A stretch of 64,000 bases of DNA, from NCBI GenBank assembly GCA_913031205.1, contig CAJWEM010000001.1, positions 32,723 through 96,722 of the forward strand, read 5' to 3'. Every line of letters starts with the position of its first letter. The first letter of the stretch is position 1. The notes under the pieces were generated by a model. The model saw only the letters and a program-made list of their open reading frames with translations, was not told the DNA's origin and did not search any database. Origin of the DNA: an uncultured Gammaproteobacteria bacterium. GTDB taxonomy: Bacteria; Pseudomonadota; Gammaproteobacteria; Poriferisulfidales; GCA-002705445. Shown here in pieces: positions 10,425 to 21,087 of this stretch. A program made the translations under genes and the position numbers.

Positions 10425-11263
10425 TTTGGGTCATACTTTACAAATATTTTTAGAAATACTTTTTTGTTCAATAATTTTTCTGAGTAAATTCTTGCCGCTT
10501 TGCTTATCTTCACAAGCATTGAGCCATTCTTTCCAACAACAATACTTAAATGGCTTTTTTTTCTTAAATAAATAGTTGCAGCGATTGAAATTAATTTTCT
10601 GCTTTCTTCGTATTTATTTATCTCAACATGAAGAGAGTATGGTATTTCTTCAGACAAGTATCTTATACATGCCTCCCTAATGTACTCTGCTGTAAAAAAT
10701 TCAATTGGCCTCTTGTTGAAAAGGCTTTCAATCGGATTTTTCTTACTTTTTGACAGAGATTTTTTAATAATCTTTTTCAATATATCAATATTTTTTGAGC
10801 TCTTTGAACTAACTGGAATTATTTCATCGTAATAATCTGATATTTCACTTGGTATTTTTGATAAGATATCCATTAATCTATTTTTATCTCTAATTAAATC
10901 AATTTTATTGAGTACAAGAATTTTAGGTAATTCTAAATTTTTAATATTCTCAAGAACTTTTATATCGTCTTTATTAATTTGGTTATATTTTACTAGGTGC
11001 AAAATAAGATTTGATTGATATATAGCGGATAAAGCATTCTTATTTAGAACTCTGTTAAAATTTTTCTTTATATTAAAATTTAGGCCAGGAGTATCAATAA
11101 ACTGGTATTTTGCATTTTCCTCTTCCAATACTCCATCAATCGTATGTCTTGTTGTCTGTGGTTTTCTTGTTGCTCCAGCTAAATGCTTTTGAACAAGTAA
11201 ATTAAATAAAGTGGATTTTCCAACATTCGGCTTGCCAACAATAGAAATATTTCCGCCTATCAT
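10385..11263 (-). CDS. era: GTPase Era
   Basis: 292 aa with G1 GKPNVGKSTLFN, G3 DTPG and a C-terminal KH domain. Overlaps recO by 40 nt, as is common. Confidence 0.92.
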   Translation of the reverse strand: MIGGNISIVGKPNVGKSTLFNLLVQKHLAGATRKPQTTRHTIDGVLEEENAKYQFIDTPGLNFNIKKNFNRVLNKNALSAIYQSNLILHLVKYNQINKDDIKVLENIKNLELPKILVLNKIDLIRDKNRLMDILSKIPSEISDYYDEIIPVSSKSSKNIDILKKIIKKSLSKSKKNPIESLFNKRPIEFFTAEYIREACIRYLSEEIPYSLHVEINKYEESRKLISIAATIYLRKKSHLSIVVGKNGSMLVKISKAARIYSEKLLNKKVFLKIFVKYDPKWKESEYFLNSYD

Positions 11264-11940
11264 TATGATTTAATGTCCATATTATTAATTTTGTCTAATG
11301 CTCTTGATGCAGCCTCTTGTTGTGATTTTCTTTTACTGGAGCCAACACCTTCCTCGTAAATGTTGTACTTTGAAATTTTACATATTGTTTTAAAATTAAT
11401 TTCATTTTTTAATACCAATTCCTCTGTATCATATTTGGGGAGGTCACAGTTTTGTGACTGGAGTAATTCTTGTAGCTTAGTTTTTGAATCTTTGAGATCA
11501 TCATCGAGAGGAAGTTTCTCTAGATAATTTTTAAAAATATTGTTAATAAATTTTTTGGTCTCGTCATAGCCATCAACAATATAAACGACTGCAATAAGAG
11601 CCTCAAGCGCATCTGAAATAATAGAATCTCTTTTATTACCGCCACTTTTTTTTTCACCTTCGCCAAGAATAATTTTTTTTCCAATGTTAAAGTCTTTAGC
11701 AATTTTGCTTAACGTTTCTTTTCTGACAAGGTATGATCTTTTTCTACTGAGCGAACCTTCGTCATCAGCTGGATATTTGTTAAACAAGAATTCTGCAATA
11801 ATAAAGCCTAAAATAGCATCGCCAAAAAATTCGAGAAGTTCATTGTTTTTATTACTTGCGCTTCTATGTGTGAGTGAATTTAAATACAACTGAGAACTCA
11901 AAACTTTTGGAGATAGTAATTTTTCTATGTCTTTAGTCAT
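11263..11940 (-). CDS. rnc: ribonuclease III
   Basis: 225 aa with catalytic signature ELLEFFGDAILG (ERLEFLGDA type) and a C-terminal dsRBD. Confidence 0.92.
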   Translation of the reverse strand: MTKDIEKLLSPKVLSSQLYLNSLTHRSASNKNNELLEFFGDAILGFIIAEFLFNKYPADDEGSLSRKRSYLVRKETLSKIAKDFNIGKKIILGEGEKKSGGNKRDSIISDALEALIAVVYIVDGYDETKKFINNIFKNYLEKLPLDDDLKDSKTKLQELLQSQNCDLPKYDTEELVLKNEINFKTICKISKYNIYEEGVGSSKRKSQQEAASRALDKINNMDIKS

Positions 11941-11948
11941 TTTTAAAA

Positions 11949-12710
11949 TTAATTAATTGAATCACCAATTCTGTCTAATTTTATACTAAATTTGTTACTA
12001 TCAAAACTTAACCATATCAAAAAGGCTCTGCCAACTAGGTTTTTTTCTGGAACAAAACCCCAGTATCGACTATCGCTGCTATGATCTCTATTATCTCCCA
12101 TCACAAAGTATTTCCCTTCAGGCACAATAAATTTTTCGTCATTAGGTGGACTCATATTATCGTTTAGGGTTGAATAAATTTTTTTTGTATTATTTTCGAA
12201 AAAAATATCAATTTCAGGCCTTGAAAATTCACTAAGATAGTCATGCTCAACTGTTAAAATTTTCTTGTGCTCAAAATTGTTAACAAAAATGGTCTTATTT
12301 TTATATGAGATACTATCACCTGGTAACCCAATAATACGTTTTATAAAATTTATTTTTTCATTACCTGGGTATCTAAAAACAACTACGTCACCTCTTTTTG
12401 GACTTGATATGTCAAAAATTTTTGTCTTGGTTATTGGAAGCCTAATACCATAGGTAAACTTATTTACAAGAATGTAATCACCAATAAGAAGCGTGGGCAA
12501 CATTGAGCCTGAAGGTATTCTGAATGGCTCGGCCAAGAAAGATCTTAAAAAAAGTACAATTAATAGTATTGGCAGAAATGATTTTGCTTGATAAGTAAGC
12601 CAATTCAAAATCTTGCCATCTTTTTTATATCCTTTTTTACTAATTAATATTAAAAGAAAACTAATAAAAATTAATAAAACTAATATAAATTCCAAGTCTA
12701 TGCTGTTCAC
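11949..12710 (-). CDS. lepB: signal peptidase I
   Basis: 253 aa with an N-terminal TM helix, a Ser box (PSGSMLPTL) and a Lys box region (GDNRDHSSDSRYWGFVP). Confidence 0.9.
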   Translation of the reverse strand: MNSIDLEFILVLLIFISFLLILISKKGYKKDGKILNWLTYQAKSFLPILLIVLFLRSFLAEPFRIPSGSMLPTLLIGDYILVNKFTYGIRLPITKTKIFDISSPKRGDVVVFRYPGNEKINFIKRIIGLPGDSISYKNKTIFVNNFEHKKILTVEHDYLSEFSRPEIDIFFENNTKKIYSTLNDNMSPPNDEKFIVPEGKYFVMGDNRDHSSDSRYWGFVPEKNLVGRAFLIWLSFDSNKFSIKLDRIGDSIN

Positions 12711-12735
12711 CTAAATATTTGTATTTTTTATAAAG

Positions 12736-13086
12736 TTAGTCTTTTTTTAGAACTGCCAGAACGTCCTCAAGCTCTGAGACAAGCTGGTGTACTAGTTGAG
12801 ATGATAAAGAATTATCATTATTTGCATCCTCTCCAGATAATTTTTTTCTTGCACCCTCAATCGTATATCCCTGTTCGTAAAGAAGACTTCTAATTTGCCT
12901 TATTAATAAAACATCATGTCTTTGATAATATCTTCTATTTCCTCTCCTTTTTACTGGAGATAACATAGGAAATTCTTGCTCCCAATATCTTAGTACATGA
13001 GATTTAACATCACATAATTCGCTCACTTCTCCGATGGTGAAGTATCTTTTACTTGGTATGGATTCGTTATTCGTTACTAATTGCAT
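12736..13086 (-). CDS. MerR-family HTH transcriptional regulator (small, 116 aa)
   Basis: MerR helix-turn-helix [25 protein letters not shown]...RRGNRRYY. Sits downstream of ihfA, as in the pheST-ihfA-merR cluster of many Gammaproteobacteria. Confidence 0.75.
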   Translation of the reverse strand: MQLVTNNESIPSKRYFTIGEVSELCDVKSHVLRYWEQEFPMLSPVKRRGNRRYYQRHDVLLIRQIRSLLYEQGYTIEGARKKLSGEDANNDNSLSSQLVHQLVSELEDVLAVLKKD

Positions 13087-13366
13087 TATTCTCGACTCTT
13101 GCTTTTAGTTTTTGACCTGCCCTAAAGGTAACAACTCTCCTTGAGCTAATCATTACATCTTCACCGGTCTTCGGATTTCTTCCTGGTCTAGCTTTTTTGT
13201 CCCTCAAAATGAAATTTCCAAAACCAGAAATCTTTACATCGAGTCCAGACACCAATATTTCTGAAATCTCAGAGAAAAATATTTCTACAAACTCTTTTGC
13301 CTCTCTTTTATTCAAGCCTAATTCTTCATAGAGCTGTTCAGCAATGTCTGCTTTGGTTAATGCCAT
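13067..13366 (-). CDS. ihfA: integration host factor subunit alpha
   Basis: 99 aa, [12 protein letters not shown]...[24 protein letters not shown], a canonical IHF/HU fold signature. Confidence 0.92.
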   Translation of the reverse strand: MALTKADIAEQLYEELGLNKREAKEFVEIFFSEISEILVSGLDVKISGFGNFILRDKKARPGRNPKTGEDVMISSRRVVTFRAGQKLKARVENNAISNE

Positions 13367-13386
13367 TTTTTTTCCGTGTAAAAAGG

Positions 13387-15348
13387 TTATTTTCTTAGTT
13401 CAATATCGAAATGATTCTTTAACTCAAACAATATTCTCTCGATATTTTTATCTGCTTCCTCATGAGTTAAGGTTTTGTTCTCATCTTGAAAAATAAAACC
13501 TATGCCTAAACTTTTTTTTCCTTTTGGAACATTTTTTCCATCATATAAATCAAAGAGTAATATTTTTTTTAGCGAATGTACATTAATTTCTTCTACTAAT
13601 TTTGATATTTTGTTATAACTTACAGTATCGTCAATAAAAAAGGATAAGTCTCTCCTTATATATGGAAATTTTGAATAGTTTTTATAACTTTCAGGTGGGT
13701 TATTTTTTATTTTTTTAGTTAAATCGTCTAAACAAACAGATAGAAAGATATAATCTCTTTTACCCTTCGTAATTGAGGAAATTTCGTATGAAAAATCATT
13801 TTTTTCAAGCCCAAACAATCGAGATAAATCTTCGATAATTGTTGTCATATCATATTTATCAAATTTTCTCTTTTCAGCGTCCCAATTTTCCTCATTTTTT
13901 TTACCACTTACAACACAAGTAAGAATATTTTCTTCTTTTTTGCCAAAAACTGTACTTATTTCAAAAAAGCGATATGAGTCCTTGGGATTTACATTGAAAT
14001 TATGCTCAATATTTTTGATTAAGGAAGATGATATATTGCTTCTTAGCTTATTTTGCTCAATACTCATAAAATTTGAAATTCTCTTATGCTCTTTGAATGG
14101 ATCATTTTTCCAATCAAAATATTCATAAGGATCATCGTTTGTAAAAGAATAATTTATGCACTCTGAAAAATTGTTTTTATATAAGTAATCCTTAACTTGT
14201 CTTGATATATTGTTTGGCAAATATTCGGAATCCGGTTTTAAATCTATTTTTTCAGAAACTATTGGTATATTGTCATAACCATAAAGTCTCGCAACTTCTT
14301 CAACATAGTCTGCATGTATTTCTAAGTCATACCTGAAGCTCGGATTTATTATTTTATTATTTTTTTTATCAAAATTTCCTCCTAAAGATATCAAAATATT
14401 TTCAATCTCGGCGTCAGCAATCTCAAAGCCAAGAGCTTGTCTTATTTTCTCAAAACTTATATCTACCTCTTTTGCCTTTGGTAAAAATTCCTCACTTTCA
14501 AATAAACCAATCTCTGAGAAATTACATATTTGGTTGGAGAATATAATATTACTTAATTCTTTTTGTGCTCTTTTTGGCAGATTATAATCAACTCCTCTTT
14601 CAAATCTTTGTGAGGACTCAGTTTGCAACTTTAATGATCTTGCCTTATTTGCAACTAATCCTGGTGGGAAAAAAGCACTCTCGATCAAGATATTTTTTGT
14701 CGATGAACTAACAGCACAATGCTCTGCCCCAATAATTCCAGCTAAAGAAATTATTTGATCTTTATCGCATATAACAATATTTCCTTGATCAAGTTTATAA
14801 TTCTTTCCGTCTAGCGCAACGAACTCTTCATTTTTTTTCGATAATCGGATTGATATCTGATTGCTAATTTTATCGAGGTCATATGCATGCATCGGTTGGC
14901 CTAAATCGATATTAATATAGTTTAAGATGTCGACAATTGGGTGAACTAAGCCTATCCCAACATCTTGAAGTTTTCTCGCAATATTTTCTGGTGTTTGTTT
15001 TTCTTCTGATAAATCTCTTAAAGTCATAAAAGTAAATCTTGGACATATCTCCTTATCAATTATATTTAGCTGTAAGTTTATATTTTCACATGTTGGCTTT
15101 GGGTCAATTTCTTTCTTTAATTTTTTTAAATTATATTTCTTGTTTATACAATTTAATTCTCTAGCAATTCCCATCACTGATAAACAGTCAGCTCTATTAG
15201 GTGTTAAATCAATATCAATTAAATAGTCGCTTGTTAGAGAAACTACTTCATCTACCTCTAATCCTGCCATTGTTAAATCGTTACAAAGATTCGTGATATT
15301 TTCTTTAATATCTATGTAATCCTCAAGCCAGCTTTTGGTTAATTTCAT
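13387..15348 (-). CDS. pheT: phenylalanine--tRNA ligase beta subunit (short form, 653 aa)
   Basis: N-terminal [14 protein letters not shown] and the B3/B4 and B5 regions are recognisable. Immediately downstream of pheS. Shorter than the ~795-aa enterobacterial PheT. Confidence 0.85.
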   Translation of the reverse strand: MKLTKSWLEDYIDIKENITNLCNDLTMAGLEVDEVVSLTSDYLIDIDLTPNRADCLSVMGIARELNCINKKYNLKKLKKEIDPKPTCENINLQLNIIDKEICPRFTFMTLRDLSEEKQTPENIARKLQDVGIGLVHPIVDILNYINIDLGQPMHAYDLDKISNQISIRLSKKNEEFVALDGKNYKLDQGNIVICDKDQIISLAGIIGAEHCAVSSSTKNILIESAFFPPGLVANKARSLKLQTESSQRFERGVDYNLPKRAQKELSNIIFSNQICNFSEIGLFESEEFLPKAKEVDISFEKIRQALGFEIADAEIENILISLGGNFDKKNNKIINPSFRYDLEIHADYVEEVARLYGYDNIPIVSEKIDLKPDSEYLPNNISRQVKDYLYKNNFSECINYSFTNDDPYEYFDWKNDPFKEHKRISNFMSIEQNKLRSNISSSLIKNIEHNFNVNPKDSYRFFEISTVFGKKEENILTCVVSGKKNEENWDAEKRKFDKYDMTTIIEDLSRLFGLEKNDFSYEISSITKGKRDYIFLSVCLDDLTKKIKNNPPESYKNYSKFPYIRRDLSFFIDDTVSYNKISKLVEEINVHSLKKILLFDLYDGKNVPKGKKSLGIGFIFQDENKTLTHEEADKNIERILFELKNHFDIELRK

Positions 15349-16364
15349 AACTTTGCTCTTTGAAACTGTTCTAAAAACCTTAAATCGTTTTCATAAAATA
15401 ATCTTAAATCAGATATCTCTAATTTCAACATAGCAAGTCGCTCAACTCCCAAGCCAAAAGCATAACCGCTATGTGTTGAAGAATCTATTTTTGCCATTTC
15501 TAAAACATTTGGATGAACCATTCCGCATCCAAGTATCTCTAACCAGCTTTTTTCTCCCTTACTGTTTATATACTCAATATCTACTTCCGCTGATGGTTCA
15601 GTGAAAGGGAAGTAAGATGGTCTAAACCTAATCTTCAAATCATCATTTTCAAAAAAATTTTTCAAAAAGGTATTTATTATTGATTTAAGGTTTGAAAAGG
15701 AAACATTTGTATCAATATATAGCCCTTCAATTTGATGGAACATTGGAGTATGAGTAATATCTGAATCTTTTCTATAAACTTTTCCTGGGGCGATTACCCT
15801 TATAGGTAAATTTTTCTCACGCATTGCTCTAATCTGGACAGACGAAGTATGTGTTCTTAGTAAATTGCCGTCCTCAAAATAAAATGTATCATGCATTGCT
15901 CTTGCAGGATGAGATTCTGGAATATTTAGAGCGGTAAAATTATGAAAATCATCCTCTATTTCTGGCCCCTCAACACACTCAAACTTTAAAGCTTGAAAAA
16001 TTTCAATTGAGTAATTCATAATTTTTGTAATTGGATGCAGACTTCCAATAGAAGAGTTTCTTCCAGGCAAACTGATATCAAAATTATCATTTGTAGTTTT
16101 TGTTTTACTTGAAAGAGAAAGCTTTTTGTCCTCGAGAAAAGAAGTTAACTTTGCCTTTGCCTCATTTAAATATTTACCGAATTCTGCTTTTTGTTGTGAA
16201 TCTAAGGCCGACAAAGATTTCATCAAAGAATTTATCTGACTCTTCTTACCCAAATAAAGTATTCTTGCTTTCTCAATTTCCCCGGAATTTTCACACTTTT
16301 CAATGGATTCGAATGCTTTTTTTAAAACTTTTTCTAAATCAGATTTTAGTTTCTCAACAGACAT
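15345..16364 (-). CDS. pheS: phenylalanine--tRNA ligase alpha subunit
   Basis: 339 aa with class II aaRS motifs (FRPSYFPFTEPSAEVD, GCGMVHPNVL, GLGVERLAML). Confidence 0.93.
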   Translation of the reverse strand: MSVEKLKSDLEKVLKKAFESIEKCENSGEIEKARILYLGKKSQINSLMKSLSALDSQQKAEFGKYLNEAKAKLTSFLEDKKLSLSSKTKTTNDNFDISLPGRNSSIGSLHPITKIMNYSIEIFQALKFECVEGPEIEDDFHNFTALNIPESHPARAMHDTFYFEDGNLLRTHTSSVQIRAMREKNLPIRVIAPGKVYRKDSDITHTPMFHQIEGLYIDTNVSFSNLKSIINTFLKNFFENDDLKIRFRPSYFPFTEPSAEVDIEYINSKGEKSWLEILGCGMVHPNVLEMAKIDSSTHSGYAFGLGVERLAMLKLEISDLRLFYENDLRFLEQFQRAKL

Positions 16365-16723
16365 TATGCTGCTAACTGAGATTTTGCCTCTTTTGCAATT
16401 GCTGCAAAAGTCTCAATATCATTCATTGCTAAATCTGCAAGGATTTTTCTATCTATTTCAATTTCTGCCTTATTTAAACCATTAATCAAAGAGCTGTAGC
16501 TTAAGTCATACATCCTGGCCGCAGCATTTATTCTCACAATCCAAAGTGATCTAAAAGCTCTCTTTTTTTGCTTTCTGTCTCTATAAGCGTATTGACCAGC
16601 TTTAGTTACTGCTTGGGTCGCAACTCTATAAACGTTTTTCCTCGCGCCGTAATAACCTTTCGCTTTAGATTTGACTTTTTTGTGTTTTGCTCGAGCAGTT
16701 ACGCCCCTTTTTACTCTTGACAT
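16364..16723 (-). CDS. rplT: 50S ribosomal protein L20
   Basis: 119 aa, [30 protein letters not shown]... canonical. Confidence 0.95.
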   Translation of the reverse strand: MSRVKRGVTARAKHKKVKSKAKGYYGARKNVYRVATQAVTKAGQYAYRDRKQKKRAFRSLWIVRINAAARMYDLSYSSLINGLNKAEIEIDRKILADLAMNDIETFAAIAKEAKSQLAA

Positions 16724-16735
16724 GTCATTCTCCGT

Positions 16736-16933
16736 TTAACTGTATGGTAACAGTTTTTTTACTGATGGGGTATCGACTTTATCGACAATATCAGGAGATC
16801 TTAAACCACGTTTACGTTTCGTGCTTTTTTTTGTCAAAATGTGATTTAAATGTGATTTTTTACATTTAAACTTACCTGAAGAAGTTGATTTAAACCTTTT
16901 TGCGGCTCCTCTATTTGTTTTTAACTTGGGCAT
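16736..16933 (-). CDS. rpmI: 50S ribosomal protein L35
   Basis: 65 aa, [15 protein letters not shown]... canonical. Confidence 0.93.
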   Translation of the reverse strand: MPKLKTNRGAAKRFKSTSSGKFKCKKSHLNHILTKKSTKRKRGLRSPDIVDKVDTPSVKKLLPYS

Positions 16934-16955
16934 AAAATTTCCTTAATTTAATTTA

Positions 16956-17471
16956 TTACTTTCTTGGTGCAATTACCATTACTATCTGTCTGCCCTCAAA
17001 TTTTGGGCTTTGTTCAACTTCGGCAATATCTTCTAAATCTTTTTCAATTCTTTCGACTTGCTTCATACCAAGCTCCTTATGAGCTAACTCTCTTCCTCTA
17101 AAACGTATTGTTATTTTTGCCTTATCACCATCTGAAATAAATCTTCTTAAATTTGTTAACTTTGTCTGATAATCATTTTCTTCAGTACTGGGTCTAAGTT
17201 TAATTTCTTTTACTTGTTGTTGTTTTTGTTTCTTTTTTGCTTGCTGAGCTTTTTTATTTTGTTCAAACCTAAACTTTCCATAATTCATTACTTTACAAAC
17301 CGGAGGCTTTGCATTTGGTGTAACTTCAACTAAATCAAGGTCAGCTTCCTTTGCTATTTCTAATGCATCATCAATTTTCACAACTCCTAGATTTTCGCCC
17401 TCAACGCCAATTAACCTTACTTCTGAGGTTTTAATGCTCTGGTTTAATCTTGTATATTTATCTGAACTAAT
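16956..17471 (-). CDS. infC: translation initiation factor IF-3, with non-canonical AUU start (171 aa)
   Basis: The track ORF (GTG/Met at 17381) lacks the IF3 N-domain. Extending the same frame upstream gives [31 protein letters not shown]..., which matches the IF3 N-terminus. It begins at an ATT codon (plus 17469-17471) that is 7 nt downstream of an AGGAGA Shine-Dalgarno. Confidence 0.8.
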   Translation of the reverse strand: MSSDKYTRLNQSIKTSEVRLIGVEGENLGVVKIDDALEIAKEADLDLVEVTPNAKPPVCKVMNYGKFRFEQNKKAQQAKKKQKQQQVKEIKLRPSTEENDYQTKLTNLRRFISDGDKAKITIRFRGRELAHKELGMKQVERIEKDLEDIAEVEQSPKFEGRQIVMVIAPRK

Positions 17472-17492
17472 CTTTTGTCTCCTAAGTAATTA

Positions 17493-19385
17493 TTAATTAT
17501 TTCGAAGTTTTCCTAAAAAATCATTTACACTGATTAGATTATGCTCAGTGCCATCATTCTCTCTTACTGAAATTTTACCGGCTGAAACTTCTTTGTCACC
17601 AATTATTACAATATAAGGAATTTTTGCAATAATTAGTTCACGAATTTTATATCCAATCTTTTCATTTCTCAAGTCAAGCGAGCAACGAAAACCATCTTTT
17701 TTTAGAGTTTCGTTAATTTTCTTTGCAAATTCAGCATGTTTATCGGTAATATTAGCCACAACAATCTGCTGAGGGCTTAGCCAAAGCGGTAATTTGCCAC
17801 CGTAATGTTCAATTAATATGCCAATAAATCGTTCGATAGAACCAAGAATTGCTCTGTGAATCATTACAGGAATAGATTTATCTCCCTTCTCATCAACGTA
17901 AGAAGCATTTAATGAATTCGGCATGGAAAAGTCCAGTTGGATTGTGCCACATTGCCAAACTCTATCTAAAGAATCGGTCAAAGAGAATTCTATCTTTGGT
18001 CCATAAAATGCTCCTTCGCCCTCTTGTACAGAAAAAGATTTAACGCTCTCTGATAAAACGTCTTTTAAAATCTTTTCTGATTTGTCCCATAGAGACTCAT
18101 TTCCAACTCGCTTCTCAGGTCTTGTTGAAAGCGCAATTGAAATATTTTCAAATCCAAAGTGCTTGTAAACCTTAAATGTCATTTCTATTAGATTAGAAAT
18201 TTCTTTACTAAGTTGATTTTCGGTACAAAAAATATGTGCATCGTCTTGCACAAATTGTCTTGCTCTCATTAAGCCGTGCAGTGTTCCTGATGGTTCGTTT
18301 CGATGAACTAGACCAAATTCTGAAATTTTTATAGGTAAATCTTTATAACTTTTTAAACCTTGATTAAATATTTGTACGTGCGCTGGACAATTCATTGGTT
18401 TAATGGCGTAGTCTTTTTTTTCTGAGCTTGTTGTAAAAATCATATCACCAAACTTATCCCAATGGCCTGACTGTTCCCATAATTTTCTATCTAGTATTTG
18501 AGGTGTGTTCACTTCTAAATAATTATTTTTCAATGTGAATTCGCGAATGTAATCAATTAAAATGTTATAAATAGTCCATCCCTTGCTGTGCCAGAAAACC
18601 ATTCCTGGGGCTTCTTCTTGGAAGTGAAACAAATCAAGTTGTTTACCTATTTTTCTATGATCATTTTTCTCGGCCGCTTCAACCTTTGCGATATACGATT
18701 CAAGTTCTTCTTTTGTGTCCCAAGCTGTGCCATAGATTCTTTGCAACATTTTATTATCAGAATTTCCTCGCCAATATGCTCCAGAAACTTTAGTCAATTT
18801 AAAATGTTTTAAAAATTTTGTGTTCGGCACGTGTGGTCCACGACACATATCTACATATTCTTCGTGAAAATATAAGGCTATTTCTTCGCCATCAGGTATT
18901 TCCTTGATGATTTCCTGCTTATAGGGCTCATTTCTTTTTGTAAAAACATCTAAAGCTTCTTTAGGGGTGACAACCTTCCTTACAACATTATAATTTTTTT
19001 TTGTTAACTCAATAATTTTCTTTTCAATTGCTGCAAGATCCTCAATACTAAATGTCTTTTCACAATCGATATCGTAGTAAAAGCCATTTTTAATAACTGG
19101 ACCAATAGCCATTTTCGCTTCAGGATAAAGCTGCTTTATTGCATGGCCAATAAGATGGGCAAAAGAATGTCTTACAATCTCAACCCCTTCATCGTCTGTT
19201 TTTTTAACAATTTCTACTTTTATGCCATCTTTTATCTCAACGGATAAGTCTCTTAATTTACCATTTATTTTTCCCGCAACAGCTTCCTTAGCAAGGGAAT
19301 TACTAATATTTTTTGCAACCTCAAATAAGGTTGTATTTACAGGGAATTCCTTTTCCTGACCATCTGGCAGTGTGATTTTTGGCAT
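17493..19385 (-). CDS. thrS: threonine--tRNA ligase
   Basis: 630 aa with a TGS domain N-terminus, class II catalytic motifs and an anticodon-binding domain. thrS-infC-rpmI-rplT order. Confidence 0.93.
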   Translation of the reverse strand: MPKITLPDGQEKEFPVNTTLFEVAKNISNSLAKEAVAGKINGKLRDLSVEIKDGIKVEIVKKTDDEGVEIVRHSFAHLIGHAIKQLYPEAKMAIGPVIKNGFYYDIDCEKTFSIEDLAAIEKKIIELTKKNYNVVRKVVTPKEALDVFTKRNEPYKQEIIKEIPDGEEIALYFHEEYVDMCRGPHVPNTKFLKHFKLTKVSGAYWRGNSDNKMLQRIYGTAWDTKEELESYIAKVEAAEKNDHRKIGKQLDLFHFQEEAPGMVFWHSKGWTIYNILIDYIREFTLKNNYLEVNTPQILDRKLWEQSGHWDKFGDMIFTTSSEKKDYAIKPMNCPAHVQIFNQGLKSYKDLPIKISEFGLVHRNEPSGTLHGLMRARQFVQDDAHIFCTENQLSKEISNLIEMTFKVYKHFGFENISIALSTRPEKRVGNESLWDKSEKILKDVLSESVKSFSVQEGEGAFYGPKIEFSLTDSLDRVWQCGTIQLDFSMPNSLNASYVDEKGDKSIPVMIHRAILGSIERFIGILIEHYGGKLPLWLSPQQIVVANITDKHAEFAKKINETLKKDGFRCSLDLRNEKIGYKIRELIIAKIPYIVIIGDKEVSAGKISVRENDGTEHNLISVNDFLGKLRNN

Positions 19386-19411
19386 TCTAATATCTATTCA
19401 TATAAAATTAT

Positions 19412-19488
<77 letters not shown>

Positions 19489-19560
19489 TTATAATAAATG
19501 TTAATATAACATTTTAATAATAATCATGCATAATAGAATAAATTAAAATTTGTAAAAATT

Positions 19561-19959
19561 ATGAAATTAATCGTTAAATATACATCTCTATTGATAGTAC
19601 TAAGTTTAATTTGCTTTCCTTCGAAAGCAGATAACTTTGAAAACGAAGATCCAGTTTACCATGTAGTTTTAATTTGGTTGAAAACTTACAGAAACGAAAT
19701 GAGAATTAATAAAATTATCAACGCAAGTAAGGAATTAAAAAATATTCCTGGTGTTTTAGAAGTTTCTACAGGAAAGGTTCTGAGAAGTGCTAGAGTAATT
19801 GTTGATGACACTTTTGACGTAAGTATTATTATTAAATTTGCATCAAAAGAATATTTAAAAGATTATTTAGTTCATCCGATTCATGTCAAGATTGCAAACG
19901 AAGTAATCAAACCTTTAGCAAATAAAATTACTGTTTACGATACAATAATTCAAGAATAA
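19561..19959 (+). CDS. secreted Dabb-type (stress-responsive dimeric alpha/beta-barrel) protein
   Basis: 132 aa with an N-terminal signal peptide (MKLIVKYTSLLIVLSLICFPSKA). The mature part resembles the Dabb domain (YHVVLIWLK...GVLEVSTGKV). Confidence 0.5.
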   Translation: MKLIVKYTSLLIVLSLICFPSKADNFENEDPVYHVVLIWLKTYRNEMRINKIINASKELKNIPGVLEVSTGKVLRSARVIVDDTFDVSIIIKFASKEYLKDYLVHPIHVKIANEVIKPLANKITVYDTIIQE

Positions 19960-19967
19960 GGAAAAAG

Positions 19968-21086
19968 ATGGAACTAATTTTTCATAAATCTGAAAAGTAT
20001 ATCGAAGAAGATATATTTTACTATATTAGTGATCAAAGAGATAAACACTCTATGATAAAACCTAAGAAAGAGAATTTAATCAGCATGACCGTTGATTCTA
20101 ATACTCTTGCTATTCCAAATAAAAACGAAATTGTAAATGTCTTTTATCCGTTTAAAAAAAATAGTATTGACAAAATATATATTGGTCTAAGCTTTCCTCT
20201 TTTCTCAAATAATTGGGCGGCTTCATATCTAAGGTACCTTCTCAAAGTTATAAAGAAAGATGGCTCTATTATTCTGCCAGTTTATCCTGAGGAGCAGGCT
20301 GACGAGAAAGGCATGTGGTCTAGAAGTTTTTTGGAAAATATATTTACTAGCAGAACAGGTTGGACTGGCCGAAATAATGTTTGGGCAGAAAATGACGGCG
20401 TGATGTCAATGAGAATTGGTAAAAAATTTCCAAAAAAACCTGATAGTACTCTTAATTATTATTTAGATGAAATTTCAAATCAATTTTATCGATCCCAACT
20501 CAATGGAAAAAATATTGAAAATATAGACACTATTAAAACTATTTGGTCTACAAGTAAATTAAGCCCTATTCTAGAAAAAATTATTTTAGAAAAATATCAA
20601 AAGAAAAAAGTGGTTTATGCAGACATATGTGAAAACCCATCTTTAGCTTATGAGGTTAGTGTTAGTGACTATATATCTATAAAAAAAACTATAATTTGTT
20701 CTGATAATACTTTGCTATGCAATGATTTTGCTAACTATTTTTCATACAGAAATAAAAATGAGTTTCTTAATTTAAGTATTTCAGAATTAGAAAAGTTAAC
20801 CGTTCATAACCCAGATATAGTATCAATCATAAACAATAAAAGTGACCATAGTTACTTACAAAAAATTCAAGACTTACTACCAGAAGCTACTATTATTTTC
20901 TATGGAGAATCTAATATCATAGAGCCTTTAAAAAAAGACTATGACTTATGTATTTATTCCTCAATTGTTGCAACGAAGTTAGAAGCTGGAAAGACTATTA
21001 ATCATTACTCTGATATTATTGAAGAGGAAATTAATTTAGAAAAAGACAATGATCTTAAGAAAATATATGTCTTGACACCAAAATAA
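19968..21086 (+). CDS. hypothetical protein, 372 aa, no recognisable catalytic motif
   Basis: Long uninterrupted ORF with a 9-bp gap to the upstream gene and a 2-bp gap to the downstream gene. There is a weak, degenerate resemblance to Rossmann/methyltransferase motif III (IKKDGSIILPV) only. Confidence 0.5.
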   Translation: MELIFHKSEKYIEEDIFYYISDQRDKHSMIKPKKENLISMTVDSNTLAIPNKNEIVNVFYPFKKNSIDKIYIGLSFPLFSNNWAASYLRYLLKVIKKDGSIILPVYPEEQADEKGMWSRSFLENIFTSRTGWTGRNNVWAENDGVMSMRIGKKFPKKPDSTLNYYLDEISNQFYRSQLNGKNIENIDTIKTIWSTSKLSPILEKIILEKYQKKKVVYADICENPSLAYEVSVSDYISIKKTIICSDNTLLCNDFANYFSYRNKNEFLNLSISELEKLTVHNPDIVSIINNKSDHSYLQKIQDLLPEATIIFYGESNIIEPLKKDYDLCIYSSIVATKLEAGKTINHYSDIIEEEINLEKDNDLKKIYVLTPK

Positions 21087-21087
21087 T

